A DNA stretch of 64,000 bases from a virus. This document shows positions 31,695-41,471 of this stretch, piece by piece. The translations under genes were made by a program, and so were the position numbers. The DNA lies in IMG/VR virus record IMGVR_UViG_3300037104_000796, positions 64,001 through 128,000 of that record, one strand, 5' to 3'. The notes beneath the pieces are model-generated. The model did no database searches. It worked only from the letters and a program-made list of their open reading frames with translations, and was not told the DNA's origin. How positions within the stretch are numbered: the stretch's first letter is position 1; the number at the start of each line of letters is the position of its first letter.

Positions 31695-31967
31695 TTAAAA
31701 AGTAGCAATCCAAACTTTATTAAAGTCAGCCCAATCATAAAGTTGTTGCCAAACAAAATCAAATTCATCTTCATCAGTTGTGCCTTCAAGATCATTTAGC
31801 ATATCTTCATAATCCATAGCTTCATCTTCATCAACTTTTTCTGTAACTTCGTCTTGTTTTGCTTTTAAAGCAGGAATTAATTCTGAAATAAAGCTTTCAA
31901 AATCATTATCGTCTTCATATTTTTGCCAAATTTCAGACACATCAATTTTAAATTTCCAATTTGCCAT
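31695..31967 (-). CDS. Small highly acidic protein
   Basis: Asp/Glu-rich 90-aa ORF. Confidence 0.6.
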   Translation of the reverse strand: MANWKFKIDVSEIWQKYEDDNDFESFISELIPALKAKQDEVTEKVDEDEAMDYEDMLNDLEGTTDEDEFDFVWQQLYDWADFNKVWIATF

Positions 31968-31985
31968 AATAAAGTTTTATTTTAT

Positions 31986-32624
31986 TTATTCAACATCGAT
32001 TTCTGAATTGTTGTTTTCTGCAACCAATTCTCTTTCAGACATGATTAAACAAACTTCATACAGATTTATTGGACGACACCATCCAAAAACTCCACACGCA
32101 ACATTTCTATTATCAATACCGCAGTCCCACGCCAAACCTGGAGCTTGGAATCTTCCGTGTACGTGGCCGTACAAATGCCATGAACCGTGAATCTTTCTAT
32201 TCCATGATGCCATTGGATAATGACATAACACAATGTGAATATTCAGAGTTCCACGTGAAAATGTGAAGTCCTTTATTTGAGTTATTTCATTGAAGTTACC
32301 AAGATGGGATATATTTTTGTCGTGATTTCCAAGAATGAGGTGTTTATTTCCATTCATACGAGCAATCCACTTTTCAGCATCTTTTCTTTTACCTAAAGAT
32401 ATATCGCCGATAATATAAACTTCATCTTTCTTTTCTACGTATTTATTGAAAACTTCTTTAAGAAGCCATTCGTCGTGTTCTTCACGGGTAGTAGGTCTAT
32501 TACATATGTCCACCATCTTTGGGTGTTGTGCATGCAAATCAGCAGTAAACCAAATATGCTGCATTTCTTTTATTAGATTGTCATCTAATTTGTCTAAAAT
32601 ATCTTTTTGTATGTTCATATTCAT
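31986..32624 (-). CDS. Calcineurin-like metallophosphoesterase
   Basis: TADLH, IGD, LGNHD, CHYP, HLYGHVH; start placed downstream of the promoter motif. Confidence 0.88.
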   Translation of the reverse strand: MNMNIQKDILDKLDDNLIKEMQHIWFTADLHAQHPKMVDICNRPTTREEHDEWLLKEVFNKYVEKKDEVYIIGDISLGKRKDAEKWIARMNGNKHLILGNHDKNISHLGNFNEITQIKDFTFSRGTLNIHIVLCHYPMASWNRKIHGSWHLYGHVHGRFQAPGLAWDCGIDNRNVACGVFGWCRPINLYEVCLIMSERELVAENNNSEIDVE

Positions 32625-32683
32625 TTTAAGTTTGTTAAATATAACAATAAAATCCGACAAATAAAAATTTTGTCGGACTTATT

Positions 32684-33019
32684 TTAAATTATTTTTTTAA
32701 GTAATTTCCTCGCGTCAGCTCGTTTTTTCTTTTTCTTTTTCTCAACTCTTACTGATACGTATGAACCTATCCACGCTCCCACACACATAGGCAACAAATA
32801 CCATAAATTATGTACATATTCAAATGTTGCCAATCCTGTTAAAAATATTAATGCTGCACTAAAATTTGCTGTATTGACCGCATGTAATCTATTAAGCGAA
32901 AATACATAATTTGAATATATTGCATCCAAAGCAATATATAACACAAATAGTCCTAAACACACCCAAGGGTTAAGTAACAGTAAAGAAGCATAAATATCAT
33001 TTAAATATTTCAGAATCAT
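32684..33019 (-). CDS. Small multi-pass membrane protein
   Basis: Three to four hydrophobic helices, basic tail. Confidence 0.6.
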   Translation of the reverse strand: MILKYLNDIYASLLLLNPWVCLGLFVLYIALDAIYSNYVFSLNRLHAVNTANFSAALIFLTGLATFEYVHNLWYLLPMCVGAWIGSYVSVRVEKKKKKKRADARKLLKKII

Positions 33020-33038
33020 CGTATTATTGTTTCGTCTT

Positions 33039-33539
33039 TTATGATCCTACCTTTTCATCTGTTCCATACCACACAAATTCATCAACAGGCAAATGTTTGT
33101 TACAGCCACAACAGAATGTTGCTCCGTAAAATTTCGGATCTCTCGCGTATGTTTCTGATAAATCATTACCCATTGTTGTTCGTGTTCCACAACCACCAAG
33201 CAATTTGCCCGATTTCCAAGCATTTAATTCTTTTTGCGTAACATAAGCTCCTCCAGTATATTTTCCGTTTTCATCTACTAAAACAGTCATTATAGCAACA
33301 TATTCATCTCTATCAGGATATTCTTTTTTCATTTCTACTCTTTCTTCTTTATCGAGCATTCGATGTATTTCTTTCCAATTTGGTTTTCTACCAACGTGAA
33401 CATAAGAATTTCTTACAGGACGAACAAATCCCTTTGATCTTTCTTCTTCTGAAAGAACTAAATAAATTTCATGTTGTCCTGTCTCATTTTTTTGACCTTC
33501 TTTTAATTTGGGGTCTTTGGGGTCTGTTGTTAAACTCAT
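33039..33539 (-). CDS. Hypothetical protein with Cys motif
   Basis: GCG...TYARDPKFYGATFCCGC. Confidence 0.6.
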   Translation of the reverse strand: MSLTTDPKDPKLKEGQKNETGQHEIYLVLSEEERSKGFVRPVRNSYVHVGRKPNWKEIHRMLDKEERVEMKKEYPDRDEYVAIMTVLVDENGKYTGGAYVTQKELNAWKSGKLLGGCGTRTTMGNDLSETYARDPKFYGATFCCGCNKHLPVDEFVWYGTDEKVGS

Positions 33540-33545
33540 AATATT

Positions 33546-34718
33546 TTAAAATAAAGATTTTGCGTAAATTAAATTTCCTGGAACTGGATTGAATCCTATT
33601 GATGTTAAAATTCGATTGAAAGGTTCCACAATAGTTTTTTCAAACTGTAAGTCATAATCAACAGTTGGAGCAAATTCGTATGGGAAGTTTCCTGGAAGAA
33701 AGCCAAATACTTCATTTCCATCTTTTGTATAATAGTACTTAACCTTATCTCCCGTTTTAATCAAATTGTATTTTGTTTTCCATTTTGGACTATTAAGAAT
33801 AATGTGATTGTAAACAGCCGATGCCCTTACGTTTTGACCACATTTTTCTGCAAGTCTTATTTGTTTTTTATCTTCCAAACAATACTTTTCATAATCACCC
33901 AATGATTGTGTTTTTGCGACATCATCAGGATTTTGAAGAACATATTGCTTTTTATATTCTTTTAACTTCTTAACTACTTCTGCATATTGAATATTCTTTC
34001 CCTTTTCACAAGCCATTTTTATCATTTCTTTCAAAACTTTTCTTGCAAATTTTGGGGTTGAACCTTGAACAATTTCAACACCTACAAATTTAATTTTTGC
34101 TTGAGGTTCAATATAAACACCCGGTTCTTTCCAAGCTAAATCAAGAATATATTTCTTTTTAGCAACCATGATTGCAGAATATGATATTTTTTCCAATTCC
34201 AAATTCTGTATATTTTTGGTGTTATATTTTAATGCATATTCTTCGAATTTTTTATCAAGATAAGCATTCAATCTTAATTCTTTAATTTTCAAAATAAAAT
34301 CAACTTTGCTTTCTTTATAATCACACGATTTTAATACGGGATCAAATGTAACATAACATGAATCTGTGTCCATATAAATTGTTAAAGTTTTTTCAGTTAT
34401 TTTGTTTGCGTGTGTTATTCCAAGTGCTTCATGAAGTTTCTTATCTTTATGCCAAAATTCAAAGAAATATTCATCAATAGCTCTACTTGCGTATTTTGCC
34501 ACATCTTGGCCTTGTAACGTAACTGCTTCAGCTACATTGACATTATAACATTCAAAATATGCAGAACCTGTAGCCCCATAAACTGAGTTTATAAACACCT
34601 TAAGAGACTGCTCGAGACCATGATATTCTTCTTTTAAATTATTTAATTTTTGAATCTCTTCTTCCAATTCTTCTATACTACAATTATAAGGATCTATAGT
34701 TGTTAATTTAAATTCCAT
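33546..34718 (-). CDS. gp43: Family-B DNA polymerase, C-terminal subunit only (gp43B-like)
   Basis: Motif B KVFINSVYG, motif C YMDTDS, KKKY, GVEIV; no exonuclease domain or motif A; ATG at 34718 follows the promoter. Confidence 0.9.
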   Translation of the reverse strand: MEFKLTTIDPYNCSIEELEEEIQKLNNLKEEYHGLEQSLKVFINSVYGATGSAYFECYNVNVAEAVTLQGQDVAKYASRAIDEYFFEFWHKDKKLHEALGITHANKITEKTLTIYMDTDSCYVTFDPVLKSCDYKESKVDFILKIKELRLNAYLDKKFEEYALKYNTKNIQNLELEKISYSAIMVAKKKYILDLAWKEPGVYIEPQAKIKFVGVEIVQGSTPKFARKVLKEMIKMACEKGKNIQYAEVVKKLKEYKKQYVLQNPDDVAKTQSLGDYEKYCLEDKKQIRLAEKCGQNVRASAVYNHIILNSPKWKTKYNLIKTGDKVKYYYTKDGNEVFGFLPGNFPYEFAPTVDYDLQFEKTIVEPFNRILTSIGFNPVPGNLIYAKSLF

Positions 34719-34827
34719 AATATATTTTATTTTTATATACACAAAAATTAATCAAGTTTTAAATTTTGTTAATTATTTTAAATTAATGAAAAACTTTGTT
34801 CGTTGTTAGATATATAAAATAAAAACA

Positions 34828-35889
34828 ATGAACAAACAAAATGTAATAAGCGCTATCACTAAACATTTAAAAATTAATAATAAAATAATGGGCTTTAAAT
34901 CTAAGAAAAATATTATTTTTATAAATTGGATAAATGATTATTTTAAAAATTCAGAAATAGCAACATCTAGTTTTTTAGAAAAAGTGTGGGTAATAACACA
35001 CAACGATAATATAGAACATTGCGCTACTTGTGGAATTAAATCTGTTTTCGGAAATTTTAATGTTGGTTATCGAAGTAAACATTGTAAAAAATGTGCATCT
35101 CCTGAGGGATATAGAAGATTAGCACAAAAAAGAAAAGAAGAATCTCCGGAAATAATAGTTACAAAAAATTGTAAAGAGTGTGATATAATTTTTTCATATA
35201 AAACGCACAAATTAAATAACACAATAAATAAAGAATTTTGCTCTAAATCTTGTGCGGGCATTTACAATCAGAATAATATGTCCGTAGAAACTATAAAAAA
35301 TAAAAATGAGAAAACAAATAAAACCAATGTAGAAAAATATAAAGACCCGTGGGTAGTTAATTCAAAATATACACGAAATATAACAAAAGAAAAATTAGGT
35401 GTAGAATATCCATTTCAAGATCCAAAAATTATAAAAAAATGCAAAGATACATTATATGAAAATACCGGATATACAAATCCTCTCAAAAATCCTAAAACTC
35501 TTAAAAAGATGCTAAATACAAAAATAGAACGTTATGGAGATTTATTAATTCCTATGGCCAAATATAAAGATTTTAAAATGCCTTCAGGGAAAGTTGTTAA
35601 AGTTCAAGGAAATGAAAGCTACGGATTGAATATTCTTCTTGAAAAATATAATGAAACTGATATATTTGTTGGAAGAAAAAATATAGAAAACGAAATAGGA
35701 CAAATACATTATATTGGAAAAGATCACAGACAACACATATACTATCCTGATATTTACATTAAATCACAAAATAAAATATTTGAAGTTAAATCTAATTTCA
35801 CATATAAAATTCATAAAGAAACTAATGAATTGAAAAAACAAGCCGTTTTAGAAAAAAATATAGAATTTGAATTTATGATAATCAATTAA
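34828..35889 (+). CDS. Homing endonuclease-like protein, PD-(D/E)xK
   Basis: Cys motifs; VQGNE...YYPDIYIKSQNKIFEVKS. Confidence 0.8.
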   Translation: MNKQNVISAITKHLKINNKIMGFKSKKNIIFINWINDYFKNSEIATSSFLEKVWVITHNDNIEHCATCGIKSVFGNFNVGYRSKHCKKCASPEGYRRLAQKRKEESPEIIVTKNCKECDIIFSYKTHKLNNTINKEFCSKSCAGIYNQNNMSVETIKNKNEKTNKTNVEKYKDPWVVNSKYTRNITKEKLGVEYPFQDPKIIKKCKDTLYENTGYTNPLKNPKTLKKMLNTKIERYGDLLIPMAKYKDFKMPSGKVVKVQGNESYGLNILLEKYNETDIFVGRKNIENEIGQIHYIGKDHRQHIYYPDIYIKSQNKIFEVKSNFTYKIHKETNELKKQAVLEKNIEFEFMIIN

Positions 35890-36245
35890 TTTATGTGATA
35901 CTTTTCGCCCCACAATAATAAATATGTAAAGCCTTTATCATCTTCAAAAATTAATTTTTCACGAATATCATCATTAGAAGTATATCGAGTAATTATAAAT
36001 ATGTAATCTCTACCGTCGGCATCAAATGCGCCATATTCTGAACGACGTCTTTTAAACTTTCCAGATATTGTTTTGTAAATTAGCGAACTTAAAAATTCAC
36101 GTACTTTATTATCATACTGATTTTCAATTTTCAAATCTTGAATATACTTCAAAATATCTATTTTTCCAATACCCATATCAGTGATAGGATCACTATCTTC
36201 TGTGAAGCCCATTCTTTCATCAATATGTTCTCTAACTAATTTCAT
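35886..36245 (-). CDS. Tag-bearing protein (cargo family A)
   Basis: MKLVREHIDERMGFTEDSDPITDMGIG. Confidence 0.8.
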   Translation of the reverse strand: MKLVREHIDERMGFTEDSDPITDMGIGKIDILKYIQDLKIENQYDNKVREFLSSLIYKTISGKFKRRRSEYGAFDADGRDYIFIITRYTSNDDIREKLIFEDDKGFTYLLLWGEKYHIN

Positions 36246-36901
36246 TAAAAACCTCTTTCTTCAACTATAAATCTATAATCGAATTTCTTTTTAGATACTA
36301 TCATGCGTCCATTGGTGCCTCCATAGAGTGTCGTATTTCCATGAGTTTTAAAATAGTCACGGGATATATCCATTTGTTCTTTGTTGTTATATTTTTTAAA
36401 ACGTAAATCTTTATAATTTGTGCCATATCGTATAACATTGTATATGACAATATATGACTCTGGATAAAGTTTTAATCCTGAGTGCCACGATGTAAATTGG
36501 CCTGATTGATTTTTAGTTACTGCAAAACCCATTCTTTTGGCTTTAAGTACTGCACCGGGTTTGAGAGTTTCATATGAGAACCCGCCAATACCCATATCAG
36601 AAATGGGATCAGAATCTGCATCAGTAAAAGCTTCATCTAATCCAGGCCAACCACCATTTGGAGGTACATCATCTAAAGCATCTTCAGGTAATTCGTTAAA
36701 AATTTTCATCCAATCAAACGCAGGATATTTTTTATGGAATCTACGAATTATTTGTTCATATTCATATTGAATATCATCTTCAGTTTTTGCAGCTCTTTTT
36801 AATTGTTTAATAAATTTAGACATAAGTCCTATTCCTAAATCTTGAATAGGATCAGATTCAGCTTTAAATTTCTCGTATAATTGTTCTCTAACTAATTTCA
36901 T
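36245..36901 (-). CDS. Two-module tag-bearing protein
   Basis: MKLVREQLYEKFKAESDPIQDLGIG plus internal LDEAFTDADSDPISDMGIG. Confidence 0.8.
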   Translation of the reverse strand: MKLVREQLYEKFKAESDPIQDLGIGLMSKFIKQLKRAAKTEDDIQYEYEQIIRRFHKKYPAFDWMKIFNELPEDALDDVPPNGGWPGLDEAFTDADSDPISDMGIGGFSYETLKPGAVLKAKRMGFAVTKNQSGQFTSWHSGLKLYPESYIVIYNVIRYGTNYKDLRFKKYNNKEQMDISRDYFKTHGNTTLYGGTNGRMIVSKKKFDYRFIVEERGF

Positions 36902-37266
36902 TCTTCAATGAATATTTTTTTATCATCGTAAGGAATAGTGTAAGAAGCTTTTTCTTCAGTATCAAAAACACTTAATCCGTGTGAATCTTCATCAAATTCA
37001 TTTATTTTACCAACATATATTGTGTATTTTCCCCAACCTTTTCCAGTTTTAATTGAATCGTTTTTAACCACAAGCATCTGATTAAATTCGCCTGTTATAT
37101 GTTTATTTAAGAGTGCATCTTTAAAAGTTTTAATGAAATTTTCACGATATTCTTTTTTTAATCGCGAACGTGTTCTTCCCGCATTAAAACCGCCGATTCC
37201 CATATCGTGAACGGGATCGCCTTCTTCACTAAATTTTTCGTATAAATATTCTCTTACTTTTTTCAT
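36898..37266 (-). CDS. Tag-bearing protein (cargo family A)
   Basis: MKKVREYLYEKFSEEGDPVHDMGIG. Confidence 0.8.
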   Translation of the reverse strand: MKKVREYLYEKFSEEGDPVHDMGIGGFNAGRTRSRLKKEYRENFIKTFKDALLNKHITGEFNQMLVVKNDSIKTGKGWGKYTIYVGKINEFDEDSHGLSVFDTEEKASYTIPYDDKKIFIEE

Positions 37267-37646
37267 TAGTCATCTATTTGATTATCTAATCCCGCTTTTC
37301 CACTTTTCATAGCTTCTTCAGGTGTATTCCATTTATATGGCCCATCTCCCATATAAGGTTCTCCAGTATCTGGAATTGCAATATAAAATGTTTTAACTAT
37401 CGTTCCCTGTTTATCTCTTAATACTCCTAAAGCATTTACTTGTACAATTTTAAGATGAAGACTTCGATATTCAATTATGTCAATTATTTTTTCTTTAACC
37501 GGAAATTCATAAGCGCGCACACTCCAATCCCATTCATATTGTTTGTCCAATTTAGCCATTTGAGCATCATGTCCAATCTCCATATCTTTTATAGGATCTG
37601 AATCTTCGGTAAAGCCTAATGCTTCATATATAAATTGTGCTCTCAT
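37266..37646 (-). CDS. Tag-bearing protein
   Basis: MRAQFIYEALGFTEDSDPIKDMEIG. Confidence 0.8.
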   Translation of the reverse strand: MRAQFIYEALGFTEDSDPIKDMEIGHDAQMAKLDKQYEWDWSVRAYEFPVKEKIIDIIEYRSLHLKIVQVNALGVLRDKQGTIVKTFYIAIPDTGEPYMGDGPYKWNTPEEAMKSGKAGLDNQIDD

Positions 37647-38041
37647 TACTTTATAAGATAATTTTCTTCAGGCAATACCCTGTAAATGTTAAATACTGCA
37701 TCTCGTGAAGATGTTGCCTCGGCCTTTTTATCAAAAAAATATAATTCGGCTCCATTTAAATAGCTGTTATAATCATTTATAGTAAAAGTTATTCTATTAG
37801 TTTTTTTAAATGGCTTTTCTCTTACTGCTTTAACTTGTTCAAATATTCCAGAAATGATTTTTCCTTTTAATGAATTTAAAAAAACTTGCCATTTATCACG
37901 TTTCTTTCCAAAATCTTTAATTTTATCATTTTGTATAGTTTTAAGAGCTTCTGTTTTAAAATTTACATTGCTTCCAATACTCATATCATGAACAGGGTCA
38001 CTTACTTCATCAAACTTTTCAAATACAAATTGTGCTTTCAT
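37646..38041 (-). CDS. Tag-bearing protein (cargo family A)
   Basis: MKAQFVFEKFDEVSDPVHDMSIG. Confidence 0.8.
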   Translation of the reverse strand: MKAQFVFEKFDEVSDPVHDMSIGSNVNFKTEALKTIQNDKIKDFGKKRDKWQVFLNSLKGKIISGIFEQVKAVREKPFKKTNRITFTINDYNSYLNGAELYFFDKKAEATSSRDAVFNIYRVLPEENYLIK

Positions 38042-40569
38042 TTCGGTATTTTGTATATTTTATTTTTATACATTACTCTTAATCCACGCATTTTATTCTC
38101 ATCCAAAATATCTGCATCTCCCTTAGGAACAAAAATCATAGAAGCATTTGCATATCTATTGAATTTCACTAGAACAGTTTTTACTTGTCCTTCAGTTAAA
38201 GAATGCGTTAGACTTCCTGATTGATTTTCTTGTTCTATACTTTGCAATGCTATGTCATATCCTATTCCCATATCATGTATCGGGTCTGATTTTTCAGTAA
38301 ACTTTTCATTAAGTTGTGGATAAAAATTATCCGGTTGCAACTCTTCTGCTAAGTTTTCTATTTCAGTTATCCTTTGAACTTCAATATTTACTTGAATGCT
38401 TTTATCTGTTCTTCTCGTTCCTTGATTAACACGAATTTGAATAACAACACTATAAAGAATTTCTGCAGTAACAATATAATATTTTATTTCAAGTCCGGCG
38501 TTGTTATTTCCATCTTTTATGAAAATCTTTCCATCATAATCTTCATACGCTTTATTGTATAAACTTACACCACCGTTTTGTGGAAATTTATGAATCTTAA
38601 CTTTATTAGGATCGCCATCTTTATTCCCTTGAAATTTAAAGAATGCTGGATTTTGTCCTAAGCTCAAACTATACGCGGCCAAACTGATAAACATGTTATC
38701 TTCAGCAACTTTTTCTAAAAGATAATTTAACATCTTTAAAGATCCGTATTTTGCTTTTGCCGCTGTAGAATCACTAAATCCTTCAACTGTTCCTTCAAGT
38801 CGATAATTAAATGAATCGGCTTCTTTTAATTTTGATATATTTGTAGGAATTTTATTTCTTTGATTAATGATTTCGGTCATGAATCGTTCGGGAGTCCACG
38901 TTTGTTCTTCTTTTGTTAAATTATAACGATCAGACACTGTCTCGTGTTTTGAAATATAACTCTTTCCTTTTCCACCTTGAGCAGTTTGTTCTTTTAATGA
39001 AATGGCTAATGCCAAAATATTTTGGTTTTCAGTTTCTAAATCATCTGCAAAAATATTATTGTAATCGCCGAGTTTAAGTTGTTCAGTTTCTTTTTGTGCG
39101 GCTTCGGTCCAACGATCAAGAATTTCTTGTTTTTTGCCCGGTTTAACAAGCATCATATCCATTGGATTCCATTTGTCTACTGCATTAGCAGCAAATCCGA
39201 TTCCTTTAGCAGCTTCTTTTTTAATATCAGTAAAGAATTTATCACGATATATTTCCCAATCTGAAAAATTTGTTTCTTTTAATTTCTTTCCAATTGACAT
39301 TGCATTAAAAATACTGTTTACGAAAAGTAAATTGTATTTGTCGCCTTCTTGTGTTAAAGTTCTAAGAATATAATCAGTATCCTTTTCATCCATGCCTTTA
39401 ATGCGATTATCAGTTATATCTTTAACAATTTTTTCAATCGTATTAAAATAATTGGCTTTCTTCTCTTCTTCTTTGCCGATTTTCTTAAATGGTTCATATT
39501 CTTCTTCTGTTTGGAAGAAATAAACAACCAAACCTTCTTTAAAAACTGTAGGAGTTTGCGTCATTTGACCACCTGAAGAAACACCGGAATATTTTACTCC
39601 GTATTTATTTCCATCTAATGTGTAAAGCAAACCTGGGAATTTTCCTGATACAGCTCCTGGCTGTCCGGGATAGACGAGTCTCATTGAACTTTTATCAAGG
39701 TCTAAATTAAATTCATCTGATACCTCAGTAAAGTCTTTTACGAATTGATCATCGGAAGTTTTTGCAATATTTTCAATACGTTTTCCTGTGCTATATTTGT
39801 ATTTTGCAGGATATTTTTTTGCCACTTCTCTTAATAAAAATGTATTTCCGGTTCCTTTGGTATATAATTTGGAATCAACTTCATTTAATGATGGGTAAAA
39901 TGGTTCATGAACGCTTTCATCACCAAGAGTTGCCATCTGCCATTGACGTTTTGATTTATATTTAGGACTTTTTGAACCAAAACCATACGGCACTTCTTTT
40001 TTGCCTGCGCCTGGAGGAATTAAGTGTTTGATTTGTAATTCTTCTGGATGTCTTTCATATTTTTTATTATATTCATCAGGAGTAACAAATTTTTGAGTTT
40101 TTGCATCCGGGTGCCAATCTCCCCAAACTGGAAATATTGCATAATAATCATCATTAACTGGTCTTGTGGGATATTTTTTAAGTTTTTTGAAATTTTTAGA
40201 AGGAACTTCTATTTTCCATTCACCATCGAAAAAGTCAACTTTTACTTCATCTTCTTGAAGTTTAATATTTAAATCTTGTAATACTTTTTTAAGCTTTTCT
40301 TTATTCTCGGGGAAATGCCAAAACGTTACGATTTTAAAATCAAAGAAAAGTCTTCCCGCATATTGACCACGACCATCACCATAATATTCTTCTGGATAAT
40401 CATCAAGATATTTCATATCATCGTGTGTTGTTTGACGCTCACCGATAAGTAATTTTTCATTGTAATAAGAAAAAGGCATCGTGTTCGTATCATCCCAGTC
40501 TATTGCACGATTCTTCTTTGGATCATATATTGAGTTTGGATTTTCGAATAATCGTGGGTATAATGACAT
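38038..40569 (-). CDS. Three-module polyprotein; central module nuclease-like
   Basis: Junctions LYPRLFE, FYPSLNE and FYPQLNE-KFTEKSDPIHDMGIG; central DKWNPMD...AISLK. Confidence 0.7.
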   Translation of the reverse strand: MSLYPRLFENPNSIYDPKKNRAIDWDDTNTMPFSYYNEKLLIGERQTTHDDMKYLDDYPEEYYGDGRGQYAGRLFFDFKIVTFWHFPENKEKLKKVLQDLNIKLQEDEVKVDFFDGEWKIEVPSKNFKKLKKYPTRPVNDDYYAIFPVWGDWHPDAKTQKFVTPDEYNKKYERHPEELQIKHLIPPGAGKKEVPYGFGSKSPKYKSKRQWQMATLGDESVHEPFYPSLNEVDSKLYTKGTGNTFLLREVAKKYPAKYKYSTGKRIENIAKTSDDQFVKDFTEVSDEFNLDLDKSSMRLVYPGQPGAVSGKFPGLLYTLDGNKYGVKYSGVSSGGQMTQTPTVFKEGLVVYFFQTEEEYEPFKKIGKEEEKKANYFNTIEKIVKDITDNRIKGMDEKDTDYILRTLTQEGDKYNLLFVNSIFNAMSIGKKLKETNFSDWEIYRDKFFTDIKKEAAKGIGFAANAVDKWNPMDMMLVKPGKKQEILDRWTEAAQKETEQLKLGDYNNIFADDLETENQNILALAISLKEQTAQGGKGKSYISKHETVSDRYNLTKEEQTWTPERFMTEIINQRNKIPTNISKLKEADSFNYRLEGTVEGFSDSTAAKAKYGSLKMLNYLLEKVAEDNMFISLAAYSLSLGQNPAFFKFQGNKDGDPNKVKIHKFPQNGGVSLYNKAYEDYDGKIFIKDGNNNAGLEIKYYIVTAEILYSVVIQIRVNQGTRRTDKSIQVNIEVQRITEIENLAEELQPDNFYPQLNEKFTEKSDPIHDMGIGYDIALQSIEQENQSGSLTHSLTEGQVKTVLVKFNRYANASMIFVPKGDADILDENKMRGLRVMYKNKIYKIPK

Positions 40570-40608
40570 ATCGATACTTTATTTTATATATTTAAGACAG
40601 GATAAACA

Positions 40609-40641
40609 AAAAAGCTCGATCATTTTAGTAATCGAGCTTTT
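40609..40641 (-). terminator. Intrinsic terminator after the sliding clamp gene
   Basis: AAAAGCTCGAT...ATCGAGCTTTT inverted repeat with A/T tails. Confidence 0.7.
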
Positions 40642-40660
40642 AAGTAGTAGAATTGTATTG

Positions 40661-41437
40661 TTAATCTTTATCTTCTGCTTTTGATATAACTGTTGTGGTC
40701 TCGCTATCTTTTGAGATAAATACGAGTCTATCTTCTCCAAGATTGACATCATAATTTTCTACATCTAATGTTGAGAATTGATCTTTAAAAATACTTAATT
40801 CAGCTGTTGTAAGTTGTTTTTCTGCAATTACTCTTTCATATGCTTTTCCTGATACAATAACTTCACCTTCTTTAAATGCTATTTGCATAAATCTATGGTC
40901 GTTATCCAAGCCATTAAGTGAATTGATATTTTCAAGAACTGCTTTCGGTAATTCGAAACTTCCAATTGTTTGAATTGTTGCGATACTATCTACAAACAAT
41001 TGATCGGGAATATATTTGAAAATATTTAATGAAGTACAATCAACATTCATTTTCAAATTCTTATTTTTCAAAAGAATCTTTTCACCTGCATATTGAGTGT
41101 CTGCCTCGTTTATCATTTCCTGATATTCGATCGTTATTGTGAATTCGACATCATTAAACTGATCCATAATTTTAATCAATCTTGGAATGTTGAATATACC
41201 AACTTTTACTCTTTTCGGATCTTTAGTTACTGTTGCTGCTAATCCTGCTTCATCAAATTTAATTGAACTCATTTTTACTACAGAACGTTCTTCGTTATAT
41301 GTCTTTGCGATGAACATTGATTTCTGTTGATCGATCTCTAAGAGTAATGAGTTGTCAATCGTAGAAAATCTTTTGAGCCATCCTGTAAATGCTTTTACGT
41401 TTTTTGCTGTAAATTCTACTGTTTTTTTCGTAGCCAT
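40661..41437 (-). CDS. gp45: DNA polymerase sliding clamp
   Basis: Size ~250 aa; LKRFSTIDNSLLL and VGIFNIPRLIKIM resemble gp45 (LKNFATINSGIML, IYDLNGFL); replication-type promoter. Confidence 0.7.
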   Translation of the reverse strand: MATKKTVEFTAKNVKAFTGWLKRFSTIDNSLLLEIDQQKSMFIAKTYNEERSVVKMSSIKFDEAGLAATVTKDPKRVKVGIFNIPRLIKIMDQFNDVEFTITIEYQEMINEADTQYAGEKILLKNKNLKMNVDCTSLNIFKYIPDQLFVDSIATIQTIGSFELPKAVLENINSLNGLDNDHRFMQIAFKEGEVIVSGKAYERVIAEKQLTTAELSIFKDQFSTLDVENYDVNLGEDRLVFISKDSETTTVISKAEDKD

Positions 41438-41471
41438 GGTGTTAAAAATTATAATTTATGTTTGTACAAGT

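Noticed and set aside
33546-35889. Group I intron or intein explaining the truncated polymerase
   Set aside because: The endonuclease is on the opposite strand, there is no room for an intron core, no upstream exon is present, and the fragment has its own promoter and ATG
11699-38041. Diversity-generating retroelement as the source of cargo variation
   Set aside because: No reverse transcriptase and no near-identical template/variable repeat pair with adenine-specific mismatches seen
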